From Tubiluchus corallicola (Eukaryota; Animalia; Priapulida), in contig JAQGDQ010002370.1 of assembly GCA_030141605.1 (NCBI GenBank), positions 709,167 through 773,166 on the forward strand: 64,000 bases of DNA, in the 5' to 3' direction. Positions 13,649 through 27,719 of the stretch are shown here, piece after piece. The notes below the pieces were generated by a model. It saw only the letters and a list, made by a program, of their open reading frames with translations, was not told where the DNA came from and did not search any database. The position numbers were made by a program, and so were the translations under genes. How positions within the stretch are numbered: position 1 is the stretch's first letter; each line of letters begins with the position of its first letter.

Positions 13649-16600
13649 AAAGGTACATGGTAAACAATTCATTACTAATTAAGCCAACCTTTGGTTCATC
13701 ATAATGCGGATCATTGTCATAAAGACCGCCATACCATCTGGAATTCGACCCTCTGACTCCCGAGCCAAGTCGAATTCAGTTCAATATACATCTGCAAATT
13801 TTAATACAAAATTCTAAGTTCACTTAATCGATACGCGTTATCGGGTGCACCACATTCATGTAGTCGAGGAAGCAAGTCAGAGATCATGTGACATTTCTAA
13901 TATTGTCCACTGAGTGATAAGGCTTGTCCTTTCCAATATTTTATTCGTTCATTGTATGCGAAGACCTATAACATTTCAACAGTAAATCATTTCCCAGCAG
14001 CGCTTTAAATGCTTACTTAATTTTCAAAACATTAACAAATATTAACGTGCACCTCACGGATAAGCTTAATCACTAATAAAATGAAATTGCCTAGATACGT
14101 TTATATTTCTGAATGTCACATTTAATTTAATACATGTAGCACAATCGTGAAATAATTCAGAATTGCAGAATTATCGTTTCTACGGCAGCTGTTCTTGAAT
14201 TAAAAACGTCATTCACGAAGCCATTATATTTAATGAATAAAATACCTTAAAATATTTGCTATGGCGATAAATTCAAACCATCTTTATGTTTTTTTGGCCT
14301 ACTGGCTCAAATTTCGAGGCTGTTAATTTCTCACTTCCAAAATATAGTCGATTTTCAGCAAATATCTTCATCTCAGTAAGGACATTCCTTATCTTATTCT
14401 TAGCAGCTTCTCACAGTAAAAAAGGCACTACGTGGAGAGTGCACACATCATTGATCTTTGGTGGATGGGTAGCATTAGCTCAACCAAACTTGCAATTTTT
14501 GAAATTACTTGTAACTGTTTTTAGTGGACTATCACCAGTCAATAAATTTACTACTTACTACTTCTACTCTGTTTTCGGCAAATCTGGAGCGAAATCTCCG
14601 TGCAAAAGTGTTAGATATTTGTAATATATAATTATTTATGGTCATCCACAATTATGTTAAAATACGTTGCGCGTACACAACTTTCTTTGGAGCATTTTTG
14701 ACGCCAGTTCCTCTAAAATAGCAGATCATGAATGTTCAAATTTGCTGAAAGATGTGCGCTTTGTGTTCCCTCGTATAATACTTTTAGTGCGAGATTCATT
14801 CTTAAAACAGCTGCATCCAGCATGGCTGCTTCTAAGGGTTATAATACCGTATGTATTTTTTGATAAATATGATTTGATAAATAAATGAATAAATAAATAA
14901 ATAATGCGTTACCATTCTTGTTTAAAAGCCAATTCCTCTAAACATTTTCCTCCCTTAACTCCTTCAGCACATTGCTTCTACAACCATAAATTTGTCATAA
15001 AATTTAGCAAAATGAAAACAAGTTTTAACGAAGTACCGCTTGCTCTAACCCCGGTCTTAACCGTAATTCAGTAGCCACTTATCCCGTAAGGTTTGAAATT
15101 CTAACGTGCACAGCATGCTACTTTAATAGGTGAACTCAACCAAAAGGCTGCGGGTGCCAATCTCACCGATCATCATCCGAAAAATCATCAGCACTGCATT
15201 GAGGTCATACGCTAAAAATATATAGCAGTACATTGAGGTCCTTATCATAAAGATCGCAGGTGTCATGTCCTCCCTCAATGATGTAAATAAACAGAATTAG
15301 TATGACAAATGAATATCTCCCTAACAAGTATGGAATGTCACTACGCATCCATTCACTGACTAACCTCGGCGTTGCTTAACTTGGGTCGCGACGAACCACT
15401 CTGATGTTCACCCAATTGTCAAGCGACTTTGCTAATCCAGTTGCTAAACCAATCGTGATGCACTAAATAATATCAATTATACCTTTAACCTTTTACTTTA
15501 GCATAGATTTGCTGGTAAGTTGTCAAAATTACCCTCGAGGTTGCGCAGGAAACGATTTCTTAGCTGCTCTCTGCATTTTGCATTAATGCTTAATTTCATC
15601 AGGGTTTTAATAATTAGAAGATTGGAAGACGTACAGTAAATAGCTCTGTGGGATTAGGCTCATACTGCTGCGAAATATGTATAGTGTCCAACCCGGGTTA
15701 TAACAATAATGAATTAAAATAAAATGTAAATAGAGCATAATTAATTTTAATAGCAATATGTAGATGAAAGGATAACGAAATGAACGTGAGTTATCGAGTC
15801 AGCAGCTTTCAAGTTTTTGGATAAACAGTTAGCATTGAGTGTTAAAAGCTATTAAATTTTAGCTATTTCAAAGTCCGACTTGGCGCTAAAATTTGTTATA
15901 ATAATTATACTAATCTCGAAAATCTTTGTTACAACGTACTACTCTCGACGAGTGGAGACACTTGGTAAATAGTATGTTTGCGATGCTGAGTTTATCAGAA
16001 ATTCATTCTACGCTAACATTGGCCCCGTCACTGTCAGCTTAGTACACGCTTAAATTGTATACGCATACATGCGTATTGTTTAAATGAATTAAACTCATTT
16101 TATTTTAAAATACTTTTAAAAAAATCTTAAAACAAAAGTACGATATTTTATGACCAACATTTTAAAATAATGTACCAACGTGGTTGTTCCAGTAAAAAAG
16201 TGAGTTCCACGGCCTCAATGCATTATATCAGCATCACCTCATTAAGAGTTTTTGAACTTTGTGGCTTATGAAATTAATAAACCTTAAGACGTTTATGAAG
16301 TTTGTGAGTCCCTATTATGCGGAGAATCCATAAAAAATAACATGGCTAAGATCATTCTTTAAAACATGGTAAAACTGTTCACCACAAAGTTGAAATCTGA
16401 TGTTAAATACAGCAAACACACATAGACGGAAAGTGCAAGTACACGTCACTCGTTCCATAAATAAACATAAAGTTAGGATTATTCAGCAATGGCTTCTATT
16501 AACACACTTAAATCTTTACCAGATGTTAACGCAGTGGAGCAGCACATTCTAGTTGTGTAGCAAATTATTGAAACTCTTAATTTTCGGCAAGAATTTCGCG

Positions 16601-17087
16601 ACCTTTTACCTTCAACGATACAAATTAAAAAAATGTTTGTTAACATGGCAACATGAAATTGCTGTTGCCTTTAAAAGTAATCTGATCCATGTGGAAAAGT
16701 TTGGCTTCGTAAACAATTTTATCATCAAATGTATCAATTCTCAAAAACAGGTTTAGCACACTACGTTGATGTTTAATAGAAGTCTATTATTTATTGGTAC
16801 TTAGCGTTTAACTCTTGAACGTGATAAAAAGTGCGCATTGCAACAAGTTTTTGAGCTTTTTTGCTTTCTCTGTGTCACAGCAGATTGTCGTTTGTTATTA
16901 GATTAGTTTTCACCCTAGTATTTCTTTCACGAATCAGGTTAATAATTCACGTATAAAATATAACGTTTCCTAAATCATCAGCACCTACAAACTTTGCATG
17001 CTATGTGTACATTGTTTGTAACATTTTTAACAATGAAAAATACTAATAATATAATAATAATAATAAAGACATAACACAAATGATTGT

Positions 17088-18465
17088 ATGTCGTTTCGCC
17101 AGTCCACAATTCGTCAGTCTACTTTTTCGCCATTCTACCTTTTCGACATGTAAATTCAGGTAAATTATCGACAGCCGGTATGTAGCGCCAGTAACAGGTA
17201 AGTACCATCAGTGTCAGATAAATTCCATGAGCAATAGGTAAGTATCATCAGTAACAGTTAGTAACAGGAAAGTATCATCGTTAACAAGCAGCTATCATCT
17301 ATGTCATGCACCATGCTGACAGATTTCTTTTCTGCAAGCAAACACTATAACTACTAGACCGACCACAAGAGAACATCCGCACAACTCGACAGGTTAGAGC
17401 GGAATTCTTGGACGAACTCAACAGCCAAAAATGTCGTCTACTTGGCTTCAATTACATGATATAGTAATGCATAAAACGGTGACATTGAACAAACAAGTAA
17501 AATCTGACTTCAAAACAGTTTGGTTTTATATCATAAAACAGTTCAACTAAACTTTTGCATAAGATATGGATTCCCAAATTAGGCATTTCGACACCTTCGT
17601 CACATCTCGTTTATGCAATTTGCCAAATTTCGGCAAACAAAATTATTTTAGGTAAACAAAACAGAGTAAAAACTTTTAGCACTTTTAGCGCATCTCATTC
17701 TACGTTTCATTGCGAATCAAATGATATATGGTACGTCTCTGTGGGACTTACGGTTTTCGTTCAGACAGCGTTTAAAGGAAACCATGTCGATACTTGCTAA
17801 CCTGATAGTATAAGTATGGTACCGACATGTACCAGAAAAACGTGCATAGCGTAGCAGCCCGGTGGTGGTGGCGGCTAGGTAGCAAGTTATTGATCGAACA
17901 ATCACCACTCAGCGCGATCTTGGTAGGTGGCGTTTCTTGTAGGAATTAAGATTTATCAAAGATGGACATATTTGGATGATTTTTGGCTCATAACTCAAGC
18001 AGGTCAGCAGGCGCTAGCTACAAACACACCAAATTTAGTGGAGTAGCTCTGTGTAGTTTTTGAGTTATTCCAAAAAAAGATGCGTATCTCAGAAACTAAA
18101 ATCGCAAAACGAAAATAACAGCAGATACTGAATGTCAAATTTTCGACCGGACATCCTATTTATTGCCATTTTCTGGCTAAATGAAAGGCGACTAGCGATT
18201 TTGACACAGTGCATCAGGTTCTACGTTTTATTGCGAATCGAACGATATATGGCTATGGCACGCCTCTGTAGGACTTATATCTTCCGTTCACAAAGTGTTC
18301 AAATGAAACCATATCGACACCTAATTGGCAATGGTGACTTCTAGGTCAGTGTTAGTCACGATACACTGACGAAAAGATAGATTGGCGAAAAAGTAGACTG
18401 GCAAAAAAGTAAACTGGCGAAAAAGTAGACTGGTGAAAAGATAACAGGCGAAGTGTTGGCTTACC
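17088..18465. mobile_element. Non-autonomous DNA transposon remnant with inverted 16-bp subterminal repeats and an internal direct repeat
   Basis: GTCTACTTTTTCGCCA (about 17117) is the exact reverse complement of TGGCGAAAAAGTAGAC, repeated at 18383-18430; internal diverged direct repeat of about 120 bp at 17680-17790 and 18200-18320. Confidence 0.6.
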
Positions 18466-19894
18466 ACGCAAAATTGTTTTCCGCCAAGCAGCGACTTAAA
18501 GGCCTCCCTAAGCTGCTTCCAATTTTTTTTCTAATTTATTTTTCCAGATTGGGCTAAATCTGTTACATTTTATTTTATTTTATTTTATTTCATTATTTTT
18601 ATTTTACTGTAAATGTCAAAAAATGTAAAAACGATTATCTATTATGCTGCTCCAATCTCCACCTATACGTTTGCGATTATCAAAATAATCTTGCAAAGAC
18701 AGTACAGTGCACCGGAAAATTCAAATATATATGAAAACCTTTTTGCTTTTTAAAATATGCTTTAAATCCAACATCAGTTCTTCCAAAATACTTAAAAGCT
18801 ACGTACAGGGTGTGTTCCGGGAGGAAATTAATACGCTCTTTTAAAAAACCGTAACACATGTTAGCTTTCAGCTTACGGACATTTTCTGGCTGAAATCAAA
18901 TGAAAATTTTCAGACATAGGTATTAATTTACTGCATCTACTTCGTCGACTATTTTGGCGTTAAAGCAGCTATACATTGAAACCTTGCAAAATCTAAATGG
19001 ATTGGATACACAATAAATGTTGTACAAGCGGTGAAATTTCAAAATTGTGTCTCCTGCCAGCTACAGTTAAGGTTTTATAAAATTGGATGCACGTCACTCG
19101 AAAGAATTAAACGATCCTGTTTATTGCTTTCTTGTTGACATCAATCTATACAGCGCAGGCACTTTATGGGTATTTCTGTGTGATTATATTGGTCGAAAAA
19201 ATAAAATGCACAAACCGAATACGTAATAAACCTGGATAAATACATTCCCGGAGCTGCTGTTTCTGGACTTGCTGCCACCGCACACACAGCAAATTAAGTT
19301 TTGCTGATAATTTTCGATTAAAACTTTAAGAGTACGCATTTTCTCGGCGCGTCTTCATTAAGCTTCGAAAGCATAATAAAAACTTCTCTGCAGAAAGTGC
19401 AGTAAAACGTTAAGTTATGTGATGATAGCAACCCCGAGCCATCTATGTAAAAAATAATTAAAATAAAGCGCAACCGACAATAATCAGCCACTGTCGTTGT
19501 TGTTGTCATTGTCGTCTTTGGTCTGGGTGTCATCGTGGCTGCGTGCACCATAGATCAATTTATGTATGTTCGCTTTTTAAGTAACAGAGTTTCATAAATT
19601 CAATTCGACATTTTTGTGGTTATATCATCTACTTTTACTGTTTATTCAAGAGTGATAACACTCCATTTCAGTGACTTTTACGACAACTGTTCTTGGCAAA
19701 TGCTATTACTAAAAACTTTGTCGGAATTTATCTGACATTTTAGCAAAAACAGTTGCGCCAAAAATTACATACAAAACATAAAAACACTTAAAAATAGACT
19801 TTCTGTCACTTCTATCGTGTTGCACAAAAAGTGTTATTATATAACACTATATTATACAACATAAATTATATTAATTTTTACATCGTTATTTACA

Positions 19895-20120
19895 TTAATG
19901 GCTTCAAAAAATACTCAACTATCAATGAAATACTAAATGCTAACCGAAATTGGAGATCAAATTTTGACAAAAACAAATACATAGTAAGAACATTTCTGGG
20001 TCTAAGCAAAGCATTTAACAGTTTAAACTACGCTTTATTGCTCAATAATCTCAAACTTCTTGGATTTAACAGTACATCCCTTAACCTTATCAGAAATTAT
20101 TTGCAAAATAACTTTTCAGC
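19895..20120 (+). pseudogene. CR1/L2-group LINE reverse transcriptase fragment
   Basis: GFKKYST...FLGLSKAFNSLNYALLLNNLKLLGF matches FLDLSKAFDxVxHxILLxKL. Confidence 0.75.
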
Positions 20121-21289
20121 GGGTCAAATTACACTTCATTCTTATTTTACTTTGGGGCAATAATATATTTACAGTCTCTATAGATGTTGATACATCTATT
20201 AACAACACACGTGCATCTATTAGCAATCATCGTGGTAATCGAGCAATGCACTTACCTTCCCATTTATATCCGAAAATCTTTTGCAAGCGATTAACATCAA
20301 GCTTACTTCCCTCGTTAATAACGTCATATCCTGTGCTGGATGCAACCAACACGTCTCGTAACACCGTAATAAAAACCAAGTAGTGATTCAACCTCATTTT
20401 AATGTTGTGTTTAAATCAATGGGTCACAAAACAAATTACATAAATTCTCAGCAAATATTCGACCCTTTTCATGACAGCTAAATTACAACTGTCATGCAGG
20501 TAAGCACAATAAAGACTAATTAAAATTTTTAGCCACACAAGTTGTTTTTGTGTGAATTCATAATGTTCCCACACACGGCAAGTAATGCGATCTCACATGC
20601 CGCTCAGTGGCTTCATATTGCAGGCGGGTTTACTCATTTGAAGCCCTAGAAATTACTGCGATTAATGAGAGAAACGTCAACGATATTAGGGAGGCTTATC
20701 ACTGACACTAACAATCGCCACACGTTATTGGGCCAAACCTGCTTGCATTAGAGATATCATACTGCTGGCCAGACTTTAATGACAATGTCACCGTTCAAGC
20801 GAAACTTGAAACAAAATCATCAGAAAAATTTATGTTTGTGTCAAACTTCGCATTTGTTACTATTTAGATGAACGTCGCACAAACATAATTAATATTGTAC
20901 AATAAGGAGCGATAAAGTATAGTAACGTCAGTACTTGAATGCAACGCGCACTGCATGTGTTGTCTATAGCCTGGCTTCGCGTAAAATTGCTGCTAACTGC
21001 CAAGGCAGTTTGTCTGTCACTATTATGCAGCTTCTTATAATTTAACAAGACGCACGTGCGTGGCTTTTAACCGCATTCCTTTTCTAGGTCTCACCGCCCA
21101 CAACGACTGCGGACGGTTTGTTTTTAATTAAGTAGGATAGCGATATTATAATAATTGGGTGCTTTTTATTCAAGTTTCTGAATTCTGAGTATCAGTCTTG
21201 GACGTGAAGCCAATTGTGAATTACACAAAGCACAGTCTGCTGAAGCTTAGCTAATTAATATTATCCAGAAATATGTAAGAGGAACAGTA

Positions 21290-21720
21290 GTGATGTGGGT
21301 GGTAGCAACGCCAATAGTAGCTATGGCAGCAACAGCAATAGCAAGAGTAACAATAACAATAACAACGACGACAATAATAACAGCAACAGCAGCAACAACA
21401 ATAACAAGGACACGACAACGATACAATACAATACAACACAATGGAACTATTGCAATACAACGACGAACAAGTCACAATATCAAATAAGTACAATGACAGC
21501 AAAAGCACAAAGGGCAACAGTTAGCCACACAAGAGCAGAAGCACTATTAAGACTGCAATAATAACAAAGACAATTGTAATGCCAGTTACGAAGATGACAA
21601 GATGGCGGTAATGACAACGGAAGTATCAACAGCAAAAACAACGACACTAAAACAGCCATCACCATGAACAAGATCTACAAAGCAACAAAACGACAGCAAT
21701 ACTACCACTGCCTCGCTGCC
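21290..21720 (+). repeat. Degenerate (CAA/CAG/TAA)-rich low-complexity tract
   Basis: Directly visible; explains the overlapping spurious ORFs here. Confidence 0.85.
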
Positions 21721-21779
21721 CGCAACTCTACCACTGCCATACTGCCAGCAAGAACAAGTGACGAGATAACATCCTCACC

Positions 21780-22300
21780 AGGAACATGATTTGAGACAAC
21801 TTCATATCGGAGGTACGAGTCTGGCAGTCCACAAATGATTACCCGTTTATGATTATCCCAAAATATGTACCTCCAGAAAGGCCTATAACACATGACTTTC
21901 GAACACTCCATATCATAGACGGTGTGTAAAATTTTTCTAATGACTACCCGTCTGTAATGGGAGAGGGGCTTTCAAGGGATAGATCCTAAAACAGGTGCCC
22001 CCAAAAAGGCATATAACCTCCTTGTTAGGAACACGATTTTCGGCCACTGTACATCATAGGTGTATATCATCGGCAGTACACAAATGAGTACCCATTTTTG
22101 GTTTTAAAAATGTGGTTAACAACAGCTTCATCAGAAACATCACTTTCGACCACAGCACATCGTAGGAATGAGTGTTCCACAAATGACTGTCCGTTTGTAA
22201 TGGCAGCGGGTTTTTACGAGGTGCACCCCGAAAGGCCTATAACCTCTTCATTAGTAATATGATTTTCAAACACTGCGTATTGTAGGCACAAGTCTGGTAT
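21780..22300 (+). repeat. Diverged tandem repeat, about 110-130 bp units, 4-5 copies
   Basis: Recurring (CACA)AATGAnTRYCCRT at about 21830, 21940, 22080 and 22178, and AAAGGCnTATAAC at about 21878, 22005 and 22232. Confidence 0.65.
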
Positions 22301-23689
22301 TCCATAATAACTATTTGTTTCAGTGATAGCGGGACTTTCATGAAGTACATCTCAATAACAATTGCAGTAATAACAGCAATGGTTAAAAAGGAAAGTGATG
22401 ACAGACCAAGGCGGCATGTTCCATACAAGACAATTAATTAGCTCGGACCACGCGTATTATTCCAAGAATTAGCAGGCTTCTCTTTATCCGTTGAACTTCA
22501 CACATCCACAGCTACAAAGAGAACAGATCAATGCCTTCCAGCTAAATTGGCGTGATTAACATCTCGTAATAATTTCCTATCACGATTTCGAGGGATTTGC
22601 GTGCGAGTATGATCGAGTGATTGTTCGCATGAATGTGCCAATGTATAAATCACCTTAGCCGCACGGCCGGAGTTTGACTCGCCATATAACAATAACAAAA
22701 CAAAAAACTTGTTGAAGTTTATTCAAACGATTCATTTAGTTGGTTTTAGCGTGGGCAATGAAACAGGTTATAAAATTAGACTACACTCCATGACACTAGT
22801 AACAAGCCAGGAACAACCAAGAAATTGTTGCAGGTTTTTCAAAATTATAGTAACATTCAATTGTGGCGGTTACGTAATTTTTATCATATCGCCGGTTTGT
22901 GTAATAATATCATTACCGGAACTAGTAGCATTAAGAAATGAGTGGGGCAATATATAGACCACAAGTATATAAGTAATAATTAAAAAATCGTCAGCACGTT
23001 TTGAATACGGCTGAATATCATACGTAGTTTGAGTTTACACAGCAAAACTTGCTTTATTGATTTATTCATTACCGCCTCTATTACCTTTCTCAAACCGATA
23101 CGTCCTAGTTACGTAGGTCCTTGCGGTACTGATGTGATGTTTATCCACTGAGGAAAAACCAAACAGCTTTTACGTGTATATTAACGTATTTTCATTATGA
23201 AACCGTGGTATGAATTATGGATTGGAGGCATCCGATAAATCGCTTGTAACATAATAGTCGGACGGAAGGCATTTCGGCACTAAATCGCTTGCGAGTAAAG
23301 AAAAACGGTTTTCCGGGTAGTCATTTTATGAATGAATGAATGGATGAATTTTATTTGCACTTTCAACAAAATAATAATGCACAAGTAAATAGTAAAAAGT
23401 TAAAAGCGCTGGAGCAACCAGGGTTAACAAGGCTCAAAAAAATCAGTTTCGTGAAATCACAATTATACAAACATTACGATAGCGACTTAAGGAGCCTCAA
23501 CGGGCTAGTACAATAAAAGTTTTAATGATCTAAAGCTTTATAAAATTACGATCAATGAACCAAAAATAAACACTTTTACAGATATACCATGTAAATTGTT
23601 AGTGACTATTATAAAATAAATATTTACAAATTGTATGTACATTGGGATTCAGGGTGGCTCTACGAAGCGCATCCTCTAAACTAACGAAA

Positions 23690-24060
23690 AATTCTAAAAT
23701 GATTATTGAAATTACAGTTTTTAAAGTAGTTTGAATTTAGTGTGAATTAACTGCGAAAATCAAATGCTTCAATTAAAAATACATCAACCCTAAGATTTTG
23801 AAAACTATAATCAGGTCAGCTCTAAGCCTTCTAAGTACTAGTGGGTCCATATTGAGCATGCGTTCCTTTTATGGGCAACCCGTTCTGGAAGACTTGCAAA
23901 GCAACCTGCGTATGAATGCTTTTTGCACATTTTGAATTTTATCAGTAACACCAATATATGCGTTCTAGGAACATAGATTCAGTGGAGCAATATTTCAAAA
24001 TTAGTTGCACGTAAGCATAGTAAACATTCGTAAGAGCATCTATGCCTCTTGTTAAAAACA
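23690..24060 (-). pseudogene. CR1-type LINE 3' ORF2 fragment
   Basis: Minus strand reads TDKIQNVQKAFIRRL...LNMDPLVLRRLRADLIIVFKI, matching the CR1 IExVQRxFTR..LELRRLRxDLI motif. Confidence 0.75.
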
Positions 24061-24099
24061 CTTAAAAATGACATCAGTAATATATGGGCAGTAATATAT

Positions 24100-24650
24100 A
24101 TAAGAGTGCAAGTATATGGGCACTTTTCTAAACACTGAATATGATATTAAAAGCAACAAGCAATGCATGCTTTTCTTCAACGCAAGAATACATTAACTAG
24201 CAAGAAATTGTCTTAACATAAGACTTCGATTATTTAATGCTGACCTTAACAGCATATTTATGCACAACAGTGAATGATGGAATCTAACAATTACTCAAGA
24301 AAAGCAGATTGACATGCTTCACAGAAGTCTTCTAAGGAAAGTTCTAAAGTTAAGAAGGCCATACATAATCAAAAATGAAGATTTATACACAAAAACAAAA
24401 GAAATGCATAGGAGCAAGTCAAGATCCGAAGATTAAGATTACACCTTCTAAGATCACTAAGTGATTTACTAGCAAGAATCGCCTTAAAGGAAGCCTTAAA
24501 ACCTTGCACAAAACTACCTGGCAAACCAAGAACAACTTCGATAACTAAGATAAATAGAGATGTTCAACAACTTCAACCAAATCTATTTTTAGGAGTAGAA
24601 GAACTTACGCTGTTAGCTGCAGACAGGAGCGGGTAGAATACTCTAATAAA
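24100..24650 (+). pseudogene. RTE-type LINE 3' ORF2 fragment
   Basis: CKYMGTFLNTEYDIK...RLRLFNA...SIFMHNSE*WNLT...IDMLHRSLLRKVL...IKNEDLY, matching the RTE C-terminal consensus. Confidence 0.75.
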
Positions 24651-25644
24651 TGTTAATGCCTCAATATCTACAATAGACGGAATGGACCTTGAAGAAAAAG
24701 AAGAAATCATAACGTGCAAAATGATATTTAATTTTAATTTTAAAACACTGCACTATCATTTTAAGTTCGGTACATTGCAAGCAGATAAGCAGCATCAAAA
24801 ACTAAGCCTAGGCCTGCTGATTGCGCTAATGGTTATGTGGCAGGACCGGAACCTAGCTTATCTATCAAGAGTAGTCCTCTTAGATGAATTACTAACCGAC
24901 AGAATCACGGTCTTAGCCACAATGAACAGTTCTTCAGACAATCAGAAGCAGTACATTATATGCAACTGCTCAAAAGCAGACTTTCCTGAAGATCACCCAT
25001 CCAGTTTTCTCCAGTTGTCTGTCACTAAGCACTCACAGTTATCGCTGCGCTGTTTGTTCCGCCACAACGCATGATAATGTGCAGAGTTCTTGGGAATATA
25101 TATTACGTCCTTAAGGACACTGTAAAGCATTTGTAGCATAAATTGAATTAGTTCACAGCGATGAACATATCATGAGCAATATCTCAAACAATAATTGAAA
25201 TCTTATCGTCTTATCAGCTTATCTCTAAAACTTCAATGTTTGTTTGTAGTAGGTGAAATAACTAAACTGACAAAAAACAAAAAGAGTGACCTAAACATGC
25301 GTTTTCAAAGTACTCATGGGTGAAATATTTGACCATCCTTTTTTAAACTACGTCTTATAAGTGTTACGAGCTCATCATTATAGAAGTCGGCAAATTTTAA
25401 AGCATGTGATGTAAATCAAAATTTATTGAAAAATGGGCATTTCTTGAAAGTACTTATCAAGTTAGAATTAATTTCCGTTCTTCCACAGCTTTTGTAGCTG
25501 AGACAAAATACTTTTCTCCCATTGAATACAAAAAGTCATTAATCTCTGCATGTCGGATACTGGCAATTAAGATGGCAGTGAAATCATTATTATATGCGTC
25601 TGTAGATTTACTGCTGTTTTCAGCAGACGTCTATATCTATATTT

Positions 25645-25931
<287 letters not shown>

Positions 25932-26256
25932 ACGCTCTCGCGTGAAGCGTGACTTCACATAGACTCATGAGTATTTCGTTACGAGCGAACTATAATTTTT
26001 TTAATAGTTTATCGAAAAGTTTTGTGGCAAAACTTATAGTGTGACAATCGTAAAGTGGTGAACAATCCATTGGTGATATTTTCAACTGCAAAGAACCTGA
26101 AGACAGGCAGAAATCTTGAGGTAAAGAAATAACTATTTGTTTAGAAAATATTATTGCAACTATAGCCACTTGTACCTGCACTGGTTGGACTAGGTAATTA
26201 AGCCAGTCAACAACTTTGAATAGGCCAACAATCAGGCCTATTTGAGGCTCAGAAGC

Positions 26257-27718
26257 ATGGCGGATTCAGACCAGTTAGCATCTCAAACACAACACAAAGC
26301 CAAAGAACGCCGGAGCTGCGAAATATGTAGGTCTACCCAGAGACCAGTGCAACCTAAAAAGATTAGTGCTATTGTATGTGCTAAATGTGCTGCTACCCAT
26401 AGTTGTGATGAAAACCTTAGTCAGCAATGCATAAATCCGAAGAAAACAGCCTGCGATATTTGCAGAAAAACTGCATCGCCTATTTGGCCTACAAAACTTA
26501 CTGCTGTCATCTGTAACCGCTGCTACACAAAACAGTCCGAAGCCTCTCAACGCTATAATAGCCAGCAAACAAATGAGCGTGGCGCCGCCCTCGATGGCAG
26601 GTTTTCTGCTGTAAACGACGCTGACGGTGATTCTGACGTAGATAGTTATGATGGTGTTGATAACGATAATAATGACAGCATACAGGATGACAATGACGGC
26701 AGTACTAGCGAGGCAGATGACACTGAATATAGCTCAGTCACAGAAATGAAAGCATTAGCTGTAAATTTAATCAAGAAGTCAAAAGATGTTGAAAAACTAA
26801 GGATAGTCATAAATGTTATGAGAGGACATGACAATTCGCAACAAACATTAGAAAAACTGGAAACAGTTAACAACTTGGTTGTAAACCTAGACAAAAAGAT
26901 GTCACAAATAATATCAGGCCAAACTGGCAAACCTTTATATAGCAATGCAGTCAGAAAGAACCTGCCAACGTCATTCTCTGAAACAGCCAAGACAAGTAAC
27001 ACTACAAGTATCTCCTCGTCCATATGACCCTGATAAAACTGTCATTGTAGAAAATGTGAGCGAAAAACATCTCGTCAGTTCCAGCATTAACATTAAGAAG
27101 AATTTGTGTGCACATTTTCCGAGAACGAAATTTGATATTGCCTTCAGAACATCCAGAGGGAAAATTCAATTACAAGTCCCAGACAAAACAACAGCAAACG
27201 ATATGATAAAGAACTGGAAGCCAGAATTTTTGGGAGGTGGTACTCGCGTAAGAAAGCCAGTATCTCCGCGTATAGGGATCTTGCGTGACTGTGATACGGG
27301 CTTGAGCGACGCAGAAATACGCTCTGATATAGAAAGATACTATGACAACATCCAGATTGAACGCTTCAAAAGAAAAGACGGGAAAAACTTGCCATTAGTG
27401 AAAGTTACGTTCCAGACAGGAGACGATCTCACAAAAGCAGTCCAGGAAAGCATACCAATCGGTCAAATGATGTGCTCGGTAGAAGAGTTTGCTCCTAAGA
27501 GAAGACCACTCAGATGTTTTAAGTGTCAGGGGTACAAACACATTGCGAAATGGTGTACTAGAGGCCCCAAATGTGGAAAATGCTCAGGAAAGCATGAATC
27601 AAACGAGTGTACTTCAGAACAGTTAACGTGTGCAAACTGTGGCGAATCGCACGCGGCATGGGACAGAAGTTGTGCACTTTACGTAAATGAAGCCAAACGA
27701 CTAAGTGATTATGCATAA
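26257..27718 (+). CDS. LINE ORF1 (two C4 zinc fingers, acidic tract, coiled coil, three zinc knuckles); one frameshift between about 26965 and 27015
   Basis: ORFs 26242-27027 and 26945-27718 overlap; knuckles CFKCQGYKHIAKWC, CGKCSGKHESNEC, CANCGESHAAWDRSC; ATG at 26257 in the context AGCATGG. Confidence 0.85.
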
Positions 27719-27719
27719 A

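Noticed and set aside
21247-21671. Cys-rich, Thr-rich and Asn-rich ORFs, including a metallothionein-like reading
   Set aside because: All frames derive from one degenerate CAA/TAA low-complexity tract; no gene structure.
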